From Patescibacteria group bacterium (GTDB lineage: Bacteria > Patescibacteriota > Minisyncoccia > Phycocordibacterales > UBA9973), in the NCBI GenBank assembly GCA_038061925.1, contig JBBTYD010000005.1, positions 13,477 to 77,476 on the forward strand: 64,000 bases of DNA. Reading direction: 5' to 3'. The position numbers and the translations under genes were made by a program. The notes beneath the pieces are model-generated. The model did no database searches. It saw only the letters and a program-made list of their open reading frames with translations, and was not told where the DNA came from. Below are positions 18,405 to 28,231 of this stretch, piece by piece (the first letter of the stretch is position 1; every line of letters begins with the position of its first letter).

Positions 18405-19593
18405 AAATTTTTACAAATCTTTTTTTGCCTATTTTAAATTTTTGTCCAATCTCTGGTATAAAATTTACATCCACTATTTTTTCATTAGTATCTAGGTTCG
18501 TAATTGCTACTCCGTTAACTAGTCTTCGAAAATCTCCCTTAGAAAAAACTATTTTCCCTTGCACTAACAAATCCATTAAGGTTTCTTTTTCTCGACTCAA
18601 TTTTAATTCTATCATTTTTTCTGGAATTTCTTTCTTTTGAAACGTATTAGAAAAATTTTCCTCAGCTTCCCGAGCTTTCTTTTCTCCATGATAAAAAGAA
18701 ACTATTTCTTTGGCTAATCTTTTTTTAAAGATCATTGGATTCTGTCCTGACTGTACTTTATTTTTCATCTCTTCTATTTCACTCATAGGTACGCGCGTCA
18801 CAAGTTCAAAGTAATCAAAAATTACATCATCGATTATAGACATTATTTGTCCGTACATTTCATTTGATTTACCTGAAATAGGTATAAAGTTTTTTAAACT
18901 TTTTCCCATTGGTCGTCCATCAGAACCAACCAAGAGCTTTAGAACAACCGCGCATTGAGGTATAAGGTCGAAAGAAGACATTAAACGTCGTCCAGCCAGA
19001 AGGTTAAATGTTTGGTCAGTTCCTCCAAGTTCAACATCACAATCAAGCGCGACAGAATCATATCCTTGCATAAGAGGATATAAAAATTCATCTAGGCCAA
19101 TAGGTTTGCCAGATTTGTAACGAAACATAAAAGTTTCACGATCAAGCATTTGAGAAACCGTAAATTTTTTAGTTAAATTTATAATATCATTAAAATTTAG
19201 ACCTTTTAACCACTCTGAATTATGTCTTATTTCGGTTTGGCTTTTTATGACAGTTTTAAAAAATTGATCTTTATATGTTTTTTCCATTTTTTTTACATTT
19301 TTAAGATTTATTTCCCGGCGCATATCAATTTTATCTGAATGATCACCTACTAAAGTGGTAAAATCGCCTATTATAAGCGTAACTTTATGCCCAAGTTCTT
19401 GAAAATCACGAAGCTTTCTATGAATTACTGAATGCCCAAGATGCAAAAATGATCCGGTTACATCAGTCCCAAGTTTAAAATGTAATTGCTTGCCACTTAA
19501 AAGTTTCTTTTTAAATTCTTCCCTGGTAAAAATTTCATGAACCCCACGGTTAAGTAATTCATCTATTTTATTTTCATCTGTTATCACTTTCAT
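18394..19593 (-). CDS. tyrS: Tyrosyl-tRNA synthetase (class I)
   Basis: HIGH motif as LHLGH inside G.DVTGSFLHLGHSV, a KMSKS-like PMGKS motif and a C-terminal S4-like domain. Confidence 0.7.
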   Translation of the reverse strand: MKVITDENKIDELLNRGVHEIFTREEFKKKLLSGKQLHFKLGTDVTGSFLHLGHSVIHRKLRDFQELGHKVTLIIGDFTTLVGDHSDKIDMRREINLKNVKKMEKTYKDQFFKTVIKSQTEIRHNSEWLKGLNFNDIINLTKKFTVSQMLDRETFMFRYKSGKPIGLDEFLYPLMQGYDSVALDCDVELGGTDQTFNLLAGRRLMSSFDLIPQCAVVLKLLVGSDGRPMGKSLKNFIPISGKSNEMYGQIMSIIDDVIFDYFELVTRVPMSEIEEMKNKVQSGQNPMIFKKRLAKEIVSFYHGEKKAREAEENFSNTFQKKEIPEKMIELKLSREKETLMDLLVQGKIVFSKGDFRRLVNGVAITNLDTNEKIVDVNFIPEIGQKFKIGKKRFVKILDR

Positions 19594-19629
19594 TATTCGG
19601 ATAATAACATACTTTTTGATATAATTCTA

Positions 19630-22149
19630 TTGATGAAAAAATTGATCAAGAACCGGAGACTTTGGAAAAATATAATACTACTTACGGCTGGTGTCTTTAT
19701 CTTAATGACTGGAATAATCATTATTTGGCTCTCTTCTATTAAAATTCCCGATTTTCGTTCTTTTGACGATAGAAAAATTAAAAATTCCACTAAAATATAT
19801 GATCGGACCGGAAAAATCCTGCTTTATGATATACACCAAGACATAAAAAGGACAGACATACCGGGAGAGGCGATGGGGGTAAATATCAAAAACGCCACCG
19901 TCGCTATTGAAGATGCCGAATTTTATAATCACGGTGGAATAAAAATCAGTTCTATCGTTCGCGCTATATTATCGAATATCTTTGGCGCCGGTCGCACTCA
20001 AGGAGGTTCAACCATCACTCAACAATTGGTAAAAAACACTCTTCTAACTTCGAAAAAATCTTATACCCGAAAAATAAAAGAGTGGGTCTTGGCGATTAAA
20101 ATAGACAACTCTGTCCCGAAAGATAAAATTCTGGAATATTACTTAAATGAAGCCCCTTATGGCGGAAATATGTACGGAATAGAACAGGCAAGCAAGACTT
20201 ATTTTGACAAGAATGTGGCGGATTTGACGTTGGCCGAAGCCGCGTATTTAGCGTCGATTCCACAATCCCCCACGACCCTCTCGCCTTATGGAAAAAACAA
20301 AGATAAATTAAACGCTAGAAAAAATTTAGTGCTTTCGAGAATGCTGGAGCTCCATTTTATAAAAAAAGAAGAATATGATAAAGCAAAAAAAGAAGTGGTA
20401 ACTTTTGTTCCACAAGTAACAACTGGAATAAAAGCGCCTCATTTTGTTTTTTTTATTAAAGATTATCTGGAGCAAAAATACGGCAACGAAAGGATAGAAA
20501 AAGGCGGACTCAAAGTTACCACGACGCTTGATTATGATTTGCAATCAAAAGGAGAACAAATAGTGAAAGAGGGTTCTTTGCAAAACGAAAAAAATTGGAA
20601 TGGGAAAAATGCCAGTCTGGTGGCAATCGATCCAAAAACTGGACAAATTTTAACAATGATCGGTTCCCGAGATTATTTTGATAAAGAAATAGATGGAAAT
20701 TTTAATGTGACAACCGCTTCCAGACAACCCGGTTCATCCTTTAAGCCGTTTATTTACGCCACCGCCTTCAATAAGGGCTTTACCCCAGATACAATCCTCT
20801 TTGACCTGCCGACGGAATTCCAAACAACCTGTGATGCTTATGGCAAGGCGTTGCCAAAACATAATCAAAAAGACTGTTATATGCCAAACAATTATGATGA
20901 AAAATATCGCGGGCCGATGATGTTGCGAGACGCCCTGGCGCAATCAATCAACATTCCAGCGGTAAAACTTTTTTATTTAGCCGGACTGCCTGATTCATTA
21001 AAAACAGCGCAAGATATGGGTATAAGCACTCTAGGCGAGAGCGGTTTATATGGACTGACGCTTGTAATCGGAGGCGGAGAAGTGTCTTTACTTGATCTAA
21101 CCTCGGCTTATGGAGTTTTTGCAAATGATGGTTTAAGAAACCCATATACTGGAATTTTAAAAGTTGAAGACGGAAGTGGAAAAATTTTAGAAGAATTTAA
21201 TCCAAAGACGGAAGAAGTTTTACCTAAAAACACTGCGTTGACAATAACGGATATTTTATCTGATGAAAAAGCTCGCGAGCCGACCTTTGGAATAAATTCG
21301 GTTCTTTATATTCCTGGCAAAGAGGTAGCGGTAAAAACTGGAACAACAAATAATAATAAAGACGCTTGGACTATTGGCTACACCCCGTCTATGGTGATAG
21401 GTGTTTGGGCCGGCAATAATGATAATGTTCCGATGAAAAAGGGCGGCGCGGCTGTCGCCGGACCCATCTGGAATAAATTTATAAATGAAGTGTTAAAAAC
21501 CTTGCCGAATGAAAAATTTGAAAAACCAAATTTAGATATTGATCCTAAAATGGTAAAACCGGCGCTCCGTGGAATTTGGCAAGGAAACGAAAACTTTTTC
21601 ATAGACAGAATTTCTCAAAAACTAGCGGGTCCAAATACTCCTAAAGAAACTACGCAAGAGAAAGTGATAACAAATGTGCACTCGATTCTTTATTGGGTGA
21701 ATAAAAATAATATAACCGGAGTGCCGCCAACAGACCCGTCTAGCGATTCGCAATTTAACCATTGGGAAATACCCGTCCAAAATTGGTGGACGCAAAATAG
21801 GGAAAGATATAGAATAACAACTGAGAATGACAAACCCAATATGATAGACGATGCGCACACCGACGCGTCAAAACCAATCGTTTCAATCATTGAACCAAAC
21901 ATAAATACAACATATTCGCCCAATCAAAAAATAAATTTGAGAATTTCAAGTTCCGGCCCGTATCCTCTTCTTAAAATTGAGATCTTTATAAATGACACAT
22001 ATTTGGGAACCTCTCAAGCCCCTTTTATTTTTTCTTTCACTCCTTCTGAATTAAAAAACTTGCAAACAGATAACGAACTAAAGATAATCTCTTATGACAG
22101 CATATATGATAATAACGAAACAACTTTAATGTTTAAAGTGGAGCAGTAG
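19630..22149 (+). CDS. Class A penicillin-binding protein (bifunctional glycosyltransferase/transpeptidase, PBP1A type)
   Basis: N-terminal TM anchor. GT51 motifs EDAEFYNHGG and GGSTITQQLVKN. Transpeptidase motifs SRQPGSSFKP (SxxK), SIN and KTGTT. About 190 aa of C-terminal extension. Confidence 0.85.
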   Translation: MMKKLIKNRRLWKNIILLTAGVFILMTGIIIIWLSSIKIPDFRSFDDRKIKNSTKIYDRTGKILLYDIHQDIKRTDIPGEAMGVNIKNATVAIEDAEFYNHGGIKISSIVRAILSNIFGAGRTQGGSTITQQLVKNTLLTSKKSYTRKIKEWVLAIKIDNSVPKDKILEYYLNEAPYGGNMYGIEQASKTYFDKNVADLTLAEAAYLASIPQSPTTLSPYGKNKDKLNARKNLVLSRMLELHFIKKEEYDKAKKEVVTFVPQVTTGIKAPHFVFFIKDYLEQKYGNERIEKGGLKVTTTLDYDLQSKGEQIVKEGSLQNEKNWNGKNASLVAIDPKTGQILTMIGSRDYFDKEIDGNFNVTTASRQPGSSFKPFIYATAFNKGFTPDTILFDLPTEFQTTCDAYGKALPKHNQKDCYMPNNYDEKYRGPMMLRDALAQSINIPAVKLFYLAGLPDSLKTAQDMGISTLGESGLYGLTLVIGGGEVSLLDLTSAYGVFANDGLRNPYTGILKVEDGSGKILEEFNPKTEEVLPKNTALTITDILSDEKAREPTFGINSVLYIPGKEVAVKTGTTNNNKDAWTIGYTPSMVIGVWAGNNDNVPMKKGGAAVAGPIWNKFINEVLKTLPNEKFEKPNLDIDPKMVKPALRGIWQGNENFFIDRISQKLAGPNTPKETTQEKVITNVHSILYWVNKNNITGVPPTDPSSDSQFNHWEIPVQNWWTQNRERYRITTENDKPNMIDDAHTDASKPIVSIIEPNINTTYSPNQKINLRISSSGPYPLLKIEIFINDTYLGTSQAPFIFSFTPSELKNLQTDNELKIISYDSIYDNNETTLMFKVEQ

Positions 22150-22157
22150 TAATTATC

Positions 22158-23255
22158 TCACCTATTCATCGGCATAATGAGATAAATAAATGACGAATCA
22201 GAAACTGGAGATATGACTAACGGGCTCGATGCCCCGGAAAATCTGATGGACATACTATCGGTGGTGATTGACTGGAAACAATCTAAAAAATATTTATAAT
22301 TAAAACCAAGCTCAATATTTTCTCCTGTTAGAGCCGCATCCAAATATGTTTTATTTTCTCCAATATCATTATTAGCAGATGATAGTTCAAAAATTTTTTC
22401 GGGTGGAGTAATTTTTAAATTGACTTGGTTAAATTTATCAGAAAAGATATTAGAAATTTTAAGCGCATTTAGTAAATCTTGCTTGAGCACTACAGCATTA
22501 GTCTCCGAGGTTTTGGGAATAATCTGACGATAATCGGGGAAAACTCCATCAATTACCCGGGAAGTCAGATAAACATTATTGGATGAAAAAGAAATTTGGT
22601 TTTTATTAAAACATACTTTTAAGATGGACGAAGACTCCCCAAAAACTTTCAGTATTTCTGAGATATTTTTAAAGGGGATAAGGATCCTGAGAGTTTCAGG
22701 AAGTCCTTTTATTTTAATTTTTTTCTCCGCTAACCTAAAGGAATCAGTAGAAACAAATACTAAATTGTCTTCGTGGGCATACATAAAAACACTTGAAATT
22801 TCGGGCTTTATATTAGATGGAGAGGAGCTGTAATAAACCGATTTTATGCCATCTATTAATTTTTTTGATTCTATTTCAAAATTCATTCCAGAAACTATCG
22901 GAATTGTCGGAAAATCATCATATGGCTGACCTTTTAATTTTATCTTGCTTTTTTTTGTTTGGATAATTAGATTACCATCAGCGCTTTCAAGATAAACATT
23001 TTCATTTTGAAAAACATTAGAAAAAACACCATTTAACACACTTCCAGAAATAGCCAGGATTCCTTCTTTTTCTATTTTGGCGGGAATTTCAACTTCAATC
23101 CCAAGACTTAAATTTGTAGATCGAAGTTTTAAAGACTTACCAGAAGCAACTAAAAGAATTGAACTTAAAACAGGCAGGGTTAAATTCTTACCTGTAATTC
23201 TTTCAACTTGGAAAATTTTGTTTTTTATCTCTTCAATTTTGCATTCTAATTTCAT
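22158..23255 (-). CDS. dnaN: DNA polymerase III beta sliding clamp
   Basis: 365 aa with the DnaN N-terminus MKLECKIEEIKNKIFQVERITGKNLTLPVLSSILLVA and a three-domain length. Immediately downstream of dnaA. Confidence 0.85.
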   Translation of the reverse strand: MKLECKIEEIKNKIFQVERITGKNLTLPVLSSILLVASGKSLKLRSTNLSLGIEVEIPAKIEKEGILAISGSVLNGVFSNVFQNENVYLESADGNLIIQTKKSKIKLKGQPYDDFPTIPIVSGMNFEIESKKLIDGIKSVYYSSSPSNIKPEISSVFMYAHEDNLVFVSTDSFRLAEKKIKIKGLPETLRILIPFKNISEILKVFGESSSILKVCFNKNQISFSSNNVYLTSRVIDGVFPDYRQIIPKTSETNAVVLKQDLLNALKISNIFSDKFNQVNLKITPPEKIFELSSANNDIGENKTYLDAALTGENIELGFNYKYFLDCFQSITTDSMSIRFSGASSPLVISPVSDSSFIYLIMPMNR

Positions 23256-23301
23256 ATATGTTTATATCTCTTATATATAATCTATTATTATTATTATACA
23301 G

Positions 23302-23429
23302 GTGGATAAGTGGATAAGTGGATTTAATTATTATAACATATGTTTATTTTTAATGATTTTAATTTAATTAAATGGTAATAAAACATTACTTATCCACTTT
23401 GTTTAATTTTTTAATATTTTTTATCCACA
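23302..23429. promoter_or_regulatory. DnaA-box cluster between dnaA and dnaN (oriC region)
   Basis: Tandem GTGGATAAG at 23302-23310 and 23310-23318 (reverse complement CTTATCCAC), TTATCCACT at 23390-23398 and a perfect TTATCCACA at 23421-23429, in an AT-rich 196-bp intergenic region. Confidence 0.6.
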
Positions 23430-23451
23430 ATTTTTTTTAACTTATTAGTAG

Positions 23452-24792
23452 TCATTTGAACATAATTCTTATCTGTTCTAGTTCTTGGGATAATTGTGGG
23501 TCATTTTTCAGGTCTGCTTTGATTTTTAAACATGAATGAATAACGGTGGTATGATCCTTCCCGCCAAGTTTTTGTCCAATTAAAGGATAGGACACATTAA
23601 AATCTTCTCGTAGCAGATACATCACTATTTGTCTTGCCTTCACTATTTCTTTTTTTCTAGTTTTCTCGTAAATCGAAGACTCGGCCAGCTGATAATGTTC
23701 ACTTACCACCTTTACAACATCTTTTATAGCGATACTTTTCTTTGGTTTCAGGTTATTCTTTAATAAATTTTTAACTTCAAAAAGCGTTAAAGGTCTATTT
23801 TTTAAACGGTATTGACAAACTATAATATTTAAACTTCCTTCCAGTTCTCGGATATTGCCATCTACCAATCCGGCAATATATTCCAATAAATTTTCTTCTA
23901 AATCAACATTAAGCTCTTGTAATTTCACTTTCAAAATCGCCAGACGAGATTCATACTCTGGTTCAGATATATCTACTATCATACCAGCGGCAAAACGAGA
24001 TTTTAAACGGTCGGCTAGTTCTGGGATATAGTTGGGATGTTTATCAGAAGAAAAGATAATCTGTTTATTGTTTTCATGAAAAGTGTTAAAAGTATGGAAA
24101 AGTTCTTCTTGAATTTTTTCCATTTTGCCAATGAATTGAATATCATCAATGATTAAAAGATCATATTTTCGATATTTTTCTTTAAAAGAATTTGCTTTAT
24201 TATTTTGCATTGAATTGACAAAATCATTGGCAAATTTTTCCAAAGTCATATAATGCACCTTTTTATTTGGATATTTCTCTTTGATGGAATTTCCCACTGC
24301 TTGAATCAGATGGGTTTTGCCGAGTCCCGTTCCCCCATAAATAAAAAAAGGGTTATATTTAGTGCCCGGACTGTCTATGATTGCTTGAGAAGCGGCATAG
24401 GCGAGTTCATTAAAAGATCCCACAATAAAGGAGTTAAAATGATAACGTGGGTTTAAGTTATCTTCGGGATTTATATAAAGATCTTTTAGAGGAAGTTCCT
24501 TATTTACATAGGTTTCGTTTTTTACTATCTCTTCCTTGTTATTTTCTATTTTAACAATAGTATATTCTACTGCGCGCATATTTTCATAGGCATCGGCTAT
24601 AGTTTTGGTGATCAGTTTATGATATTTATTTATAAGCCAATCACGAACAAATTCATTTGGCACACCGATATAAATAATACCCGTGTCTTCTTTAATGATC
24701 GATGTATTTTTAAACCAAGTGCTGAAATTTGCCTTAGATATACCCGTCTCGATTTCAACCAAACAATTTTTCCAAAGTTGCTTTGTATTCAT
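23452..24792 (-). CDS. dnaA: Chromosomal replication initiator protein DnaA
   Basis: AAA+ Walker A GGTGLGKTHL, Walker B LLIIDDIQF, and the C-terminal DNA-binding signature GQKLGGKDHTTVIHSCLKI. Confidence 0.9.
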   Translation of the reverse strand: MNTKQLWKNCLVEIETGISKANFSTWFKNTSIIKEDTGIIYIGVPNEFVRDWLINKYHKLITKTIADAYENMRAVEYTIVKIENNKEEIVKNETYVNKELPLKDLYINPEDNLNPRYHFNSFIVGSFNELAYAASQAIIDSPGTKYNPFFIYGGTGLGKTHLIQAVGNSIKEKYPNKKVHYMTLEKFANDFVNSMQNNKANSFKEKYRKYDLLIIDDIQFIGKMEKIQEELFHTFNTFHENNKQIIFSSDKHPNYIPELADRLKSRFAAGMIVDISEPEYESRLAILKVKLQELNVDLEENLLEYIAGLVDGNIRELEGSLNIIVCQYRLKNRPLTLFEVKNLLKNNLKPKKSIAIKDVVKVVSEHYQLAESSIYEKTRKKEIVKARQIVMYLLREDFNVSYPLIGQKLGGKDHTTVIHSCLKIKADLKNDPQLSQELEQIRIMFK

Positions 24793-24849
24793 TGGTTTTA
24801 TACTATACTATTTACAGAGTGTTTGGTACTTGCTAAAAGTTATTAAACT

Positions 24850-24869
24850 TGTTGATAAGCTGTTGATAA
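24850..24869. promoter_or_regulatory. Two direct DnaA-box-like 9-mers upstream of dnaA
   Basis: TGTTGATAA at 24850-24858 and 24861-24869 (reverse complement TTATCAACA, one mismatch to consensus), in the divergent dnaA / rpmH promoter region. Confidence 0.45.
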
Positions 24870-24887
24870 TGTTATATACTCCATATT

Positions 24888-25022
24888 ATGTCATTTACAT
24901 ATAAACCTAAAAAAAGGAAAAGAGCTAGAAGTCATGGGTTTTTAGTCCGATCTAGAACTAAAACTGGCCAAAGGGTACTCTTGCGAAGACGCCAAAAAGG
25001 CAGAAAAAGATTGTCTGTTTAA
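24888..25022 (+). CDS. rpmH: 50S ribosomal protein L34
   Basis: 44-aa [47 protein letters not shown], the canonical L34 sequence. Missed by the ORF track (<60 aa). Confidence 0.85.
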   Translation: MSFTYKPKKRKRARSHGFLVRSRTKTGQRVLLRRRQKGRKRLSV

Positions 25023-25035
25023 CATTCTTTTTGGT

Positions 25036-25377
25036 ATGCTCCCAAAAAAGAACAGAGTAAATAAAAAAGAGGTGGATTTTCTTTTTAAGAAAGGCAGATC
25101 TGTTGCCTTCCCAGATTTAACCTTTAAGTTTTTTATGGCGCGCGGGTCTGAAAGTTTAAAATTTTTAAGCCCGCGCGTTTCCGTCATTGTTCCCAAAGCG
25201 ATTGCCAAATTGGCTGTTAAAAGAAATTTATTAAGAAGACTTGGATATAGTATTTTAGAGAAACACATTAAAGAGTTTCCGGCTTCGCTTCTGGGTGTTT
25301 TTATTTTTAAAAAATATCAAGACGATGTTTTAACACTTGAACATGAAATTAAAAACATACTCGATAAAATTAATTGA
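25036..25377 (+). CDS. rnpA: Ribonuclease P protein component
   Basis: LPKKNRVNKKEVDFLFKKGRSV...VSVIVPKAIAKLAVKRNLLRR matches the RnpA RNR motif. Follows rpmH in the conserved order. Confidence 0.8.
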   Translation: MLPKKNRVNKKEVDFLFKKGRSVAFPDLTFKFFMARGSESLKFLSPRVSVIVPKAIAKLAVKRNLLRRLGYSILEKHIKEFPASLLGVFIFKKYQDDVLTLEHEIKNILDKIN

Positions 25378-25558
25378 TTTCTATCAAAAAAATATTTCTA
25401 TTTTTAAAAAACGAAGCTGTGTTTTTTATCCTATTTGTTCAGAATACGCAAAACAGGCCATAGAGAAATATGGCGTGTTTAGGGGTTTTTGTTTGGGATT
25501 TTTAAGAATTTTACGTTGTCATCCATGGCAGAAAAAGCATATCGATCCCATTCCTTAG
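25337..25558 (+). CDS. yidD: Membrane protein insertion efficiency factor YidD
   Basis: LIDFYQKNISIFKKRSCVFYPICSEYAKQAIEKYGVFRG...LRILRCHPW matches the YidD signature. Overlaps the rnpA 3' end. The start is 25337 or 25343. Confidence 0.7.
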   Translation: MNMKLKTYSIKLIDFYQKNISIFKKRSCVFYPICSEYAKQAIEKYGVFRGFCLGFLRILRCHPWQKKHIDPIP

Positions 25559-25617
25559 TTTCTCTCTTTTTTCTTGGTTTTCTGGCGTTTTTCTGTATTT
25601 TCATATAGAATGGAATT

Positions 25618-26367
25618 ATGATTTATAATGTCTGGAACGTTCTTTTATATGAGCCATTAATAAACGCGTTGGCTTTTTTAGTTTCAATTATACCTGGTGG
25701 AGATGTTGGTGTGGCGGTTATAGTTCTTACTATTTTAGTCAAATTATTGCTTTTTCCTTTTTCTCAAAAATCCATTAAAAATCAGGTCGCCATGACCATC
25801 CTTGCCCCAGAACTTGAAAAAATCAAAAAAAGTGGAGTCAGCAAAGAAGAACAAGCGCGTCTGACATTTAAACTTTACAAAAAACATAAGACTAATCCTT
25901 TTTCTGGATGTTTTTTAGTTTTAATCCAGATCCCTATTATTTTTGCTCTCTATTATGTTTTCTTTAAAGGTATAAATTTTGAGAGTGGGCTGCTTTATTC
26001 TTTTATCCATATTCCCGTAAAAATAAATATGATTTTTCTGGGGATAATCGATCTCAGCAAGAAAAGTCTTTTTTTAGCGATTTTAGCTGGAATATCGCAA
26101 TATCTTCAGGCGCATTTTATGCCCAAGCTAAACACTAATACTTTTACCTCAGGTTCTTTAGGAGAAAGCTTTGGTAAAAGTATGCAAATGCAGATGAAGT
26201 ATATCTTTCCTTTTCTGGTTACTTGGATTGCTTACAGTATTTCTGGCGCAGTTGCATTATATTGGATTACGAGTAATATCTTTGCGGTGGGTCAGCAGAT
26301 TTATGTGAAGAAAACAGAAAAAATGGTGTTGGATGAAGAAGTAAAGATTTTAATTTCTGAAAAGTAA
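25618..26367 (+). CDS. yidC: Membrane protein insertase YidC (short Oxa1-like form)
   Basis: 249 aa with 5 TM helices and the conserved N-terminus LYEPLINALAFLVSIIPGGDVGVAVIVLTILVKLLLFP. Sits between yidD and jag. Confidence 0.75.
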   Translation: MIYNVWNVLLYEPLINALAFLVSIIPGGDVGVAVIVLTILVKLLLFPFSQKSIKNQVAMTILAPELEKIKKSGVSKEEQARLTFKLYKKHKTNPFSGCFLVLIQIPIIFALYYVFFKGINFESGLLYSFIHIPVKINMIFLGIIDLSKKSLFLAILAGISQYLQAHFMPKLNTNTFTSGSLGESFGKSMQMQMKYIFPFLVTWIAYSISGAVALYWITSNIFAVGQQIYVKKTEKMVLDEEVKILISEK

Positions 26368-26369
26368 AT

Positions 26370-26858
26370 ATGGATAAACAAGAAATACAAAATTTGATAA
26401 AAAACTTGATTGAAAAAACTGGAATTGTTGTGATAAAAATTACTGTGGCGGAAGATAATGGAGCGAGCACTTGGTTTTCAGTTGAAGTAAACGAACCTCA
26501 TTTTTTTATAGGACATGACGGTGAGGCGCTTTATTCACTGAATCATCTTGTGCGTCGAATTATTGAAGCGAAAGACTCTGCCTCTCTCAAAGAAAAAGTT
26601 AGAGAAGGGTCGGAGATGTCAATTTTGGTTGATATTAACGGTTTTCAAAAAAAACGGGTGGAAAATATCCGCGCCATAGCTTATATGATGGGAGAACGAG
26701 CCAGATATTTTAAATCAAACATAGAAGTTGATCCGATGTCCGCTTTTGAACGTCGGGTGGTGCATGAATTTTTATCCCAGGCTACTGATTTAAAAACGGA
26801 GTCAACAGGCTTTGGTTCTTCTCGCCGAGTGATAATTAAATATATTGGAAATTTATAA
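26370..26858 (+). CDS. jag: Jag/KhpB-type RNA-binding protein (KH + R3H domains)
   Basis: The C-terminal R3H motif FERRVVHEFLSQATDLKTESTGFGSSRRVII is present. Follows yidC in the conserved order. Confidence 0.75.
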   Translation: MDKQEIQNLIKNLIEKTGIVVIKITVAEDNGASTWFSVEVNEPHFFIGHDGEALYSLNHLVRRIIEAKDSASLKEKVREGSEMSILVDINGFQKKRVENIRAIAYMMGERARYFKSNIEVDPMSAFERRVVHEFLSQATDLKTESTGFGSSRRVIIKYIGNL

Positions 26859-26876
26859 AAAAAGACGGTAACTTTT

Positions 26877-28223
26877 TTATTTGAGTTCTAATTTCCAAAG
26901 AAAAGAATCTTTTTTATTTATAAAAAATAAATAGTTTTCACTTTCATCTAAAGAAAGTTTTACACCATCAACCTCTTCCCCTCCTGGAATGGCCACTGGA
27001 TCGGCGAGCATTGTTCCATTTCCAGTTTTAACATCTATCTTCCAAAGTTGATCGCTAAAAGACACTTCTCCTTGATACCAAGTATCTGGATATAGACCTA
27101 CATCAACTGACTTTGGCGTAGCGCAATAGACAGTATCGCTCCCGCGCGCCCAAACACATTTTTCGGGTAGAGTTTTTATTCCCAACACATCTGAATTTCT
27201 CGTATCTAGGTGATAAACGCCAAGGGATAAATTATTCGATGCATTATTTCCACCATAAAGAATTAGTTTTCCATTGGGACTTTCGAGAGTGGTTAATCCA
27301 TTTATATTACCAAAAATTTTACTTAAATTTTTTCCAGCAGAGTCCATTGTGTACATATGCCCGGGAATACCCGCAGAAGGTTTAGTAGAAAGAGTGATTG
27401 TGTTACTATTCGGCCAAAATGATAGCCATTCAGTAAAAGGAGAATCCAGTATCTGTGTTTTTTTATTATTTAGAAAGTTTAAAATTATTCCAATCATATC
27501 ATTTCCACTGTCAAACAAGTAAAATACTTTTGAAGTATCGGGGGATATGCTTATATCTTTAACATTATTGGGCAAGAAAGATCCCTTAATTTCATTATTT
27601 TCGGTTGTATCTCCTCCTAATAATTCCTTCGGAAGAGTTCCGATAAAAGTTTCTATTGTTTGGTTGTCGGATTTTAAATATCGCATAATCACTGATTCCC
27701 CGTGGTTGCCAAAATAGCTATCGTATACTTTTGGGATTAGTGTGCTTGAGAACTTCCTTTCTTCTATCTTATCTGCGAAAGTTTGGTAAATATTTCCAGT
27801 GGCTTTATCCACATATCTCAAAGCGGGCTTAAATTCGGTTGGTGGCCGAGTCGGTTTTACGGTCTGTTTTTTAATATTTGCCGCAGGAGGGGTGGTGGTT
27901 GGCGTGGCGACCGGTATTTCCATTTCCTTCAGTCTTTCTTTTGCAAAAACCGTAAATCCCGCTATGGGCATAGTTGAAACTTTCGTTAATTTGACAGCTG
28001 GTGTTTCTGTTGCGGGAAGAGGTATATTTGATATATTAATTGGAGGTTTTACAGAGGCAGGTGTTAATTTCGCCCCAAATGGATTAAATTGCGAGAGAAA
28101 ATTTATGCCTGTTTCGTTGTCAACGGGCACCATTGTCCCCGGTCGGAAATATAAAAATCCAAAAATCGCAATTACTGTTAAAATCAAGATTATTATTAAA
28201 AGTATAAAATTTCTTTTGGACAT
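26877..28223 (-). CDS. Membrane-anchored extracytoplasmic protein with a Pro/Thr-rich linker and a predicted beta-propeller-like domain
   Basis: N-terminal TM (ILLIIILILTVIAIFGFLYF), then a P/T-rich spacer, then a beta-rich domain with PD40/TolB-like strands. No catalytic motif seen. Confidence 0.4.
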   Translation of the reverse strand: MSKRNFILLIIILILTVIAIFGFLYFRPGTMVPVDNETGINFLSQFNPFGAKLTPASVKPPINISNIPLPATETPAVKLTKVSTMPIAGFTVFAKERLKEMEIPVATPTTTPPAANIKKQTVKPTRPPTEFKPALRYVDKATGNIYQTFADKIEERKFSSTLIPKVYDSYFGNHGESVIMRYLKSDNQTIETFIGTLPKELLGGDTTENNEIKGSFLPNNVKDISISPDTSKVFYLFDSGNDMIGIILNFLNNKKTQILDSPFTEWLSFWPNSNTITLSTKPSAGIPGHMYTMDSAGKNLSKIFGNINGLTTLESPNGKLILYGGNNASNNLSLGVYHLDTRNSDVLGIKTLPEKCVWARGSDTVYCATPKSVDVGLYPDTWYQGEVSFSDQLWKIDVKTGNGTMLADPVAIPGGEEVDGVKLSLDESENYLFFINKKDSFLWKLELK

Positions 28224-28231
28224 AAATTTTA

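Noticed and set aside
23300-23325. Tandem TGGATAAG repeats as a possible CRISPR or minisatellite
   Set aside because: There are only 2.5 units of 8 bp, each a DnaA-box complement, located between dnaA and dnaN. This is an oriC element, not CRISPR.
24942-25268. 108-aa minus-strand ORF
   Set aside because: It is antisense to rpmH and rnpA, both of which have strong family signatures. It is an overlapping artefact.
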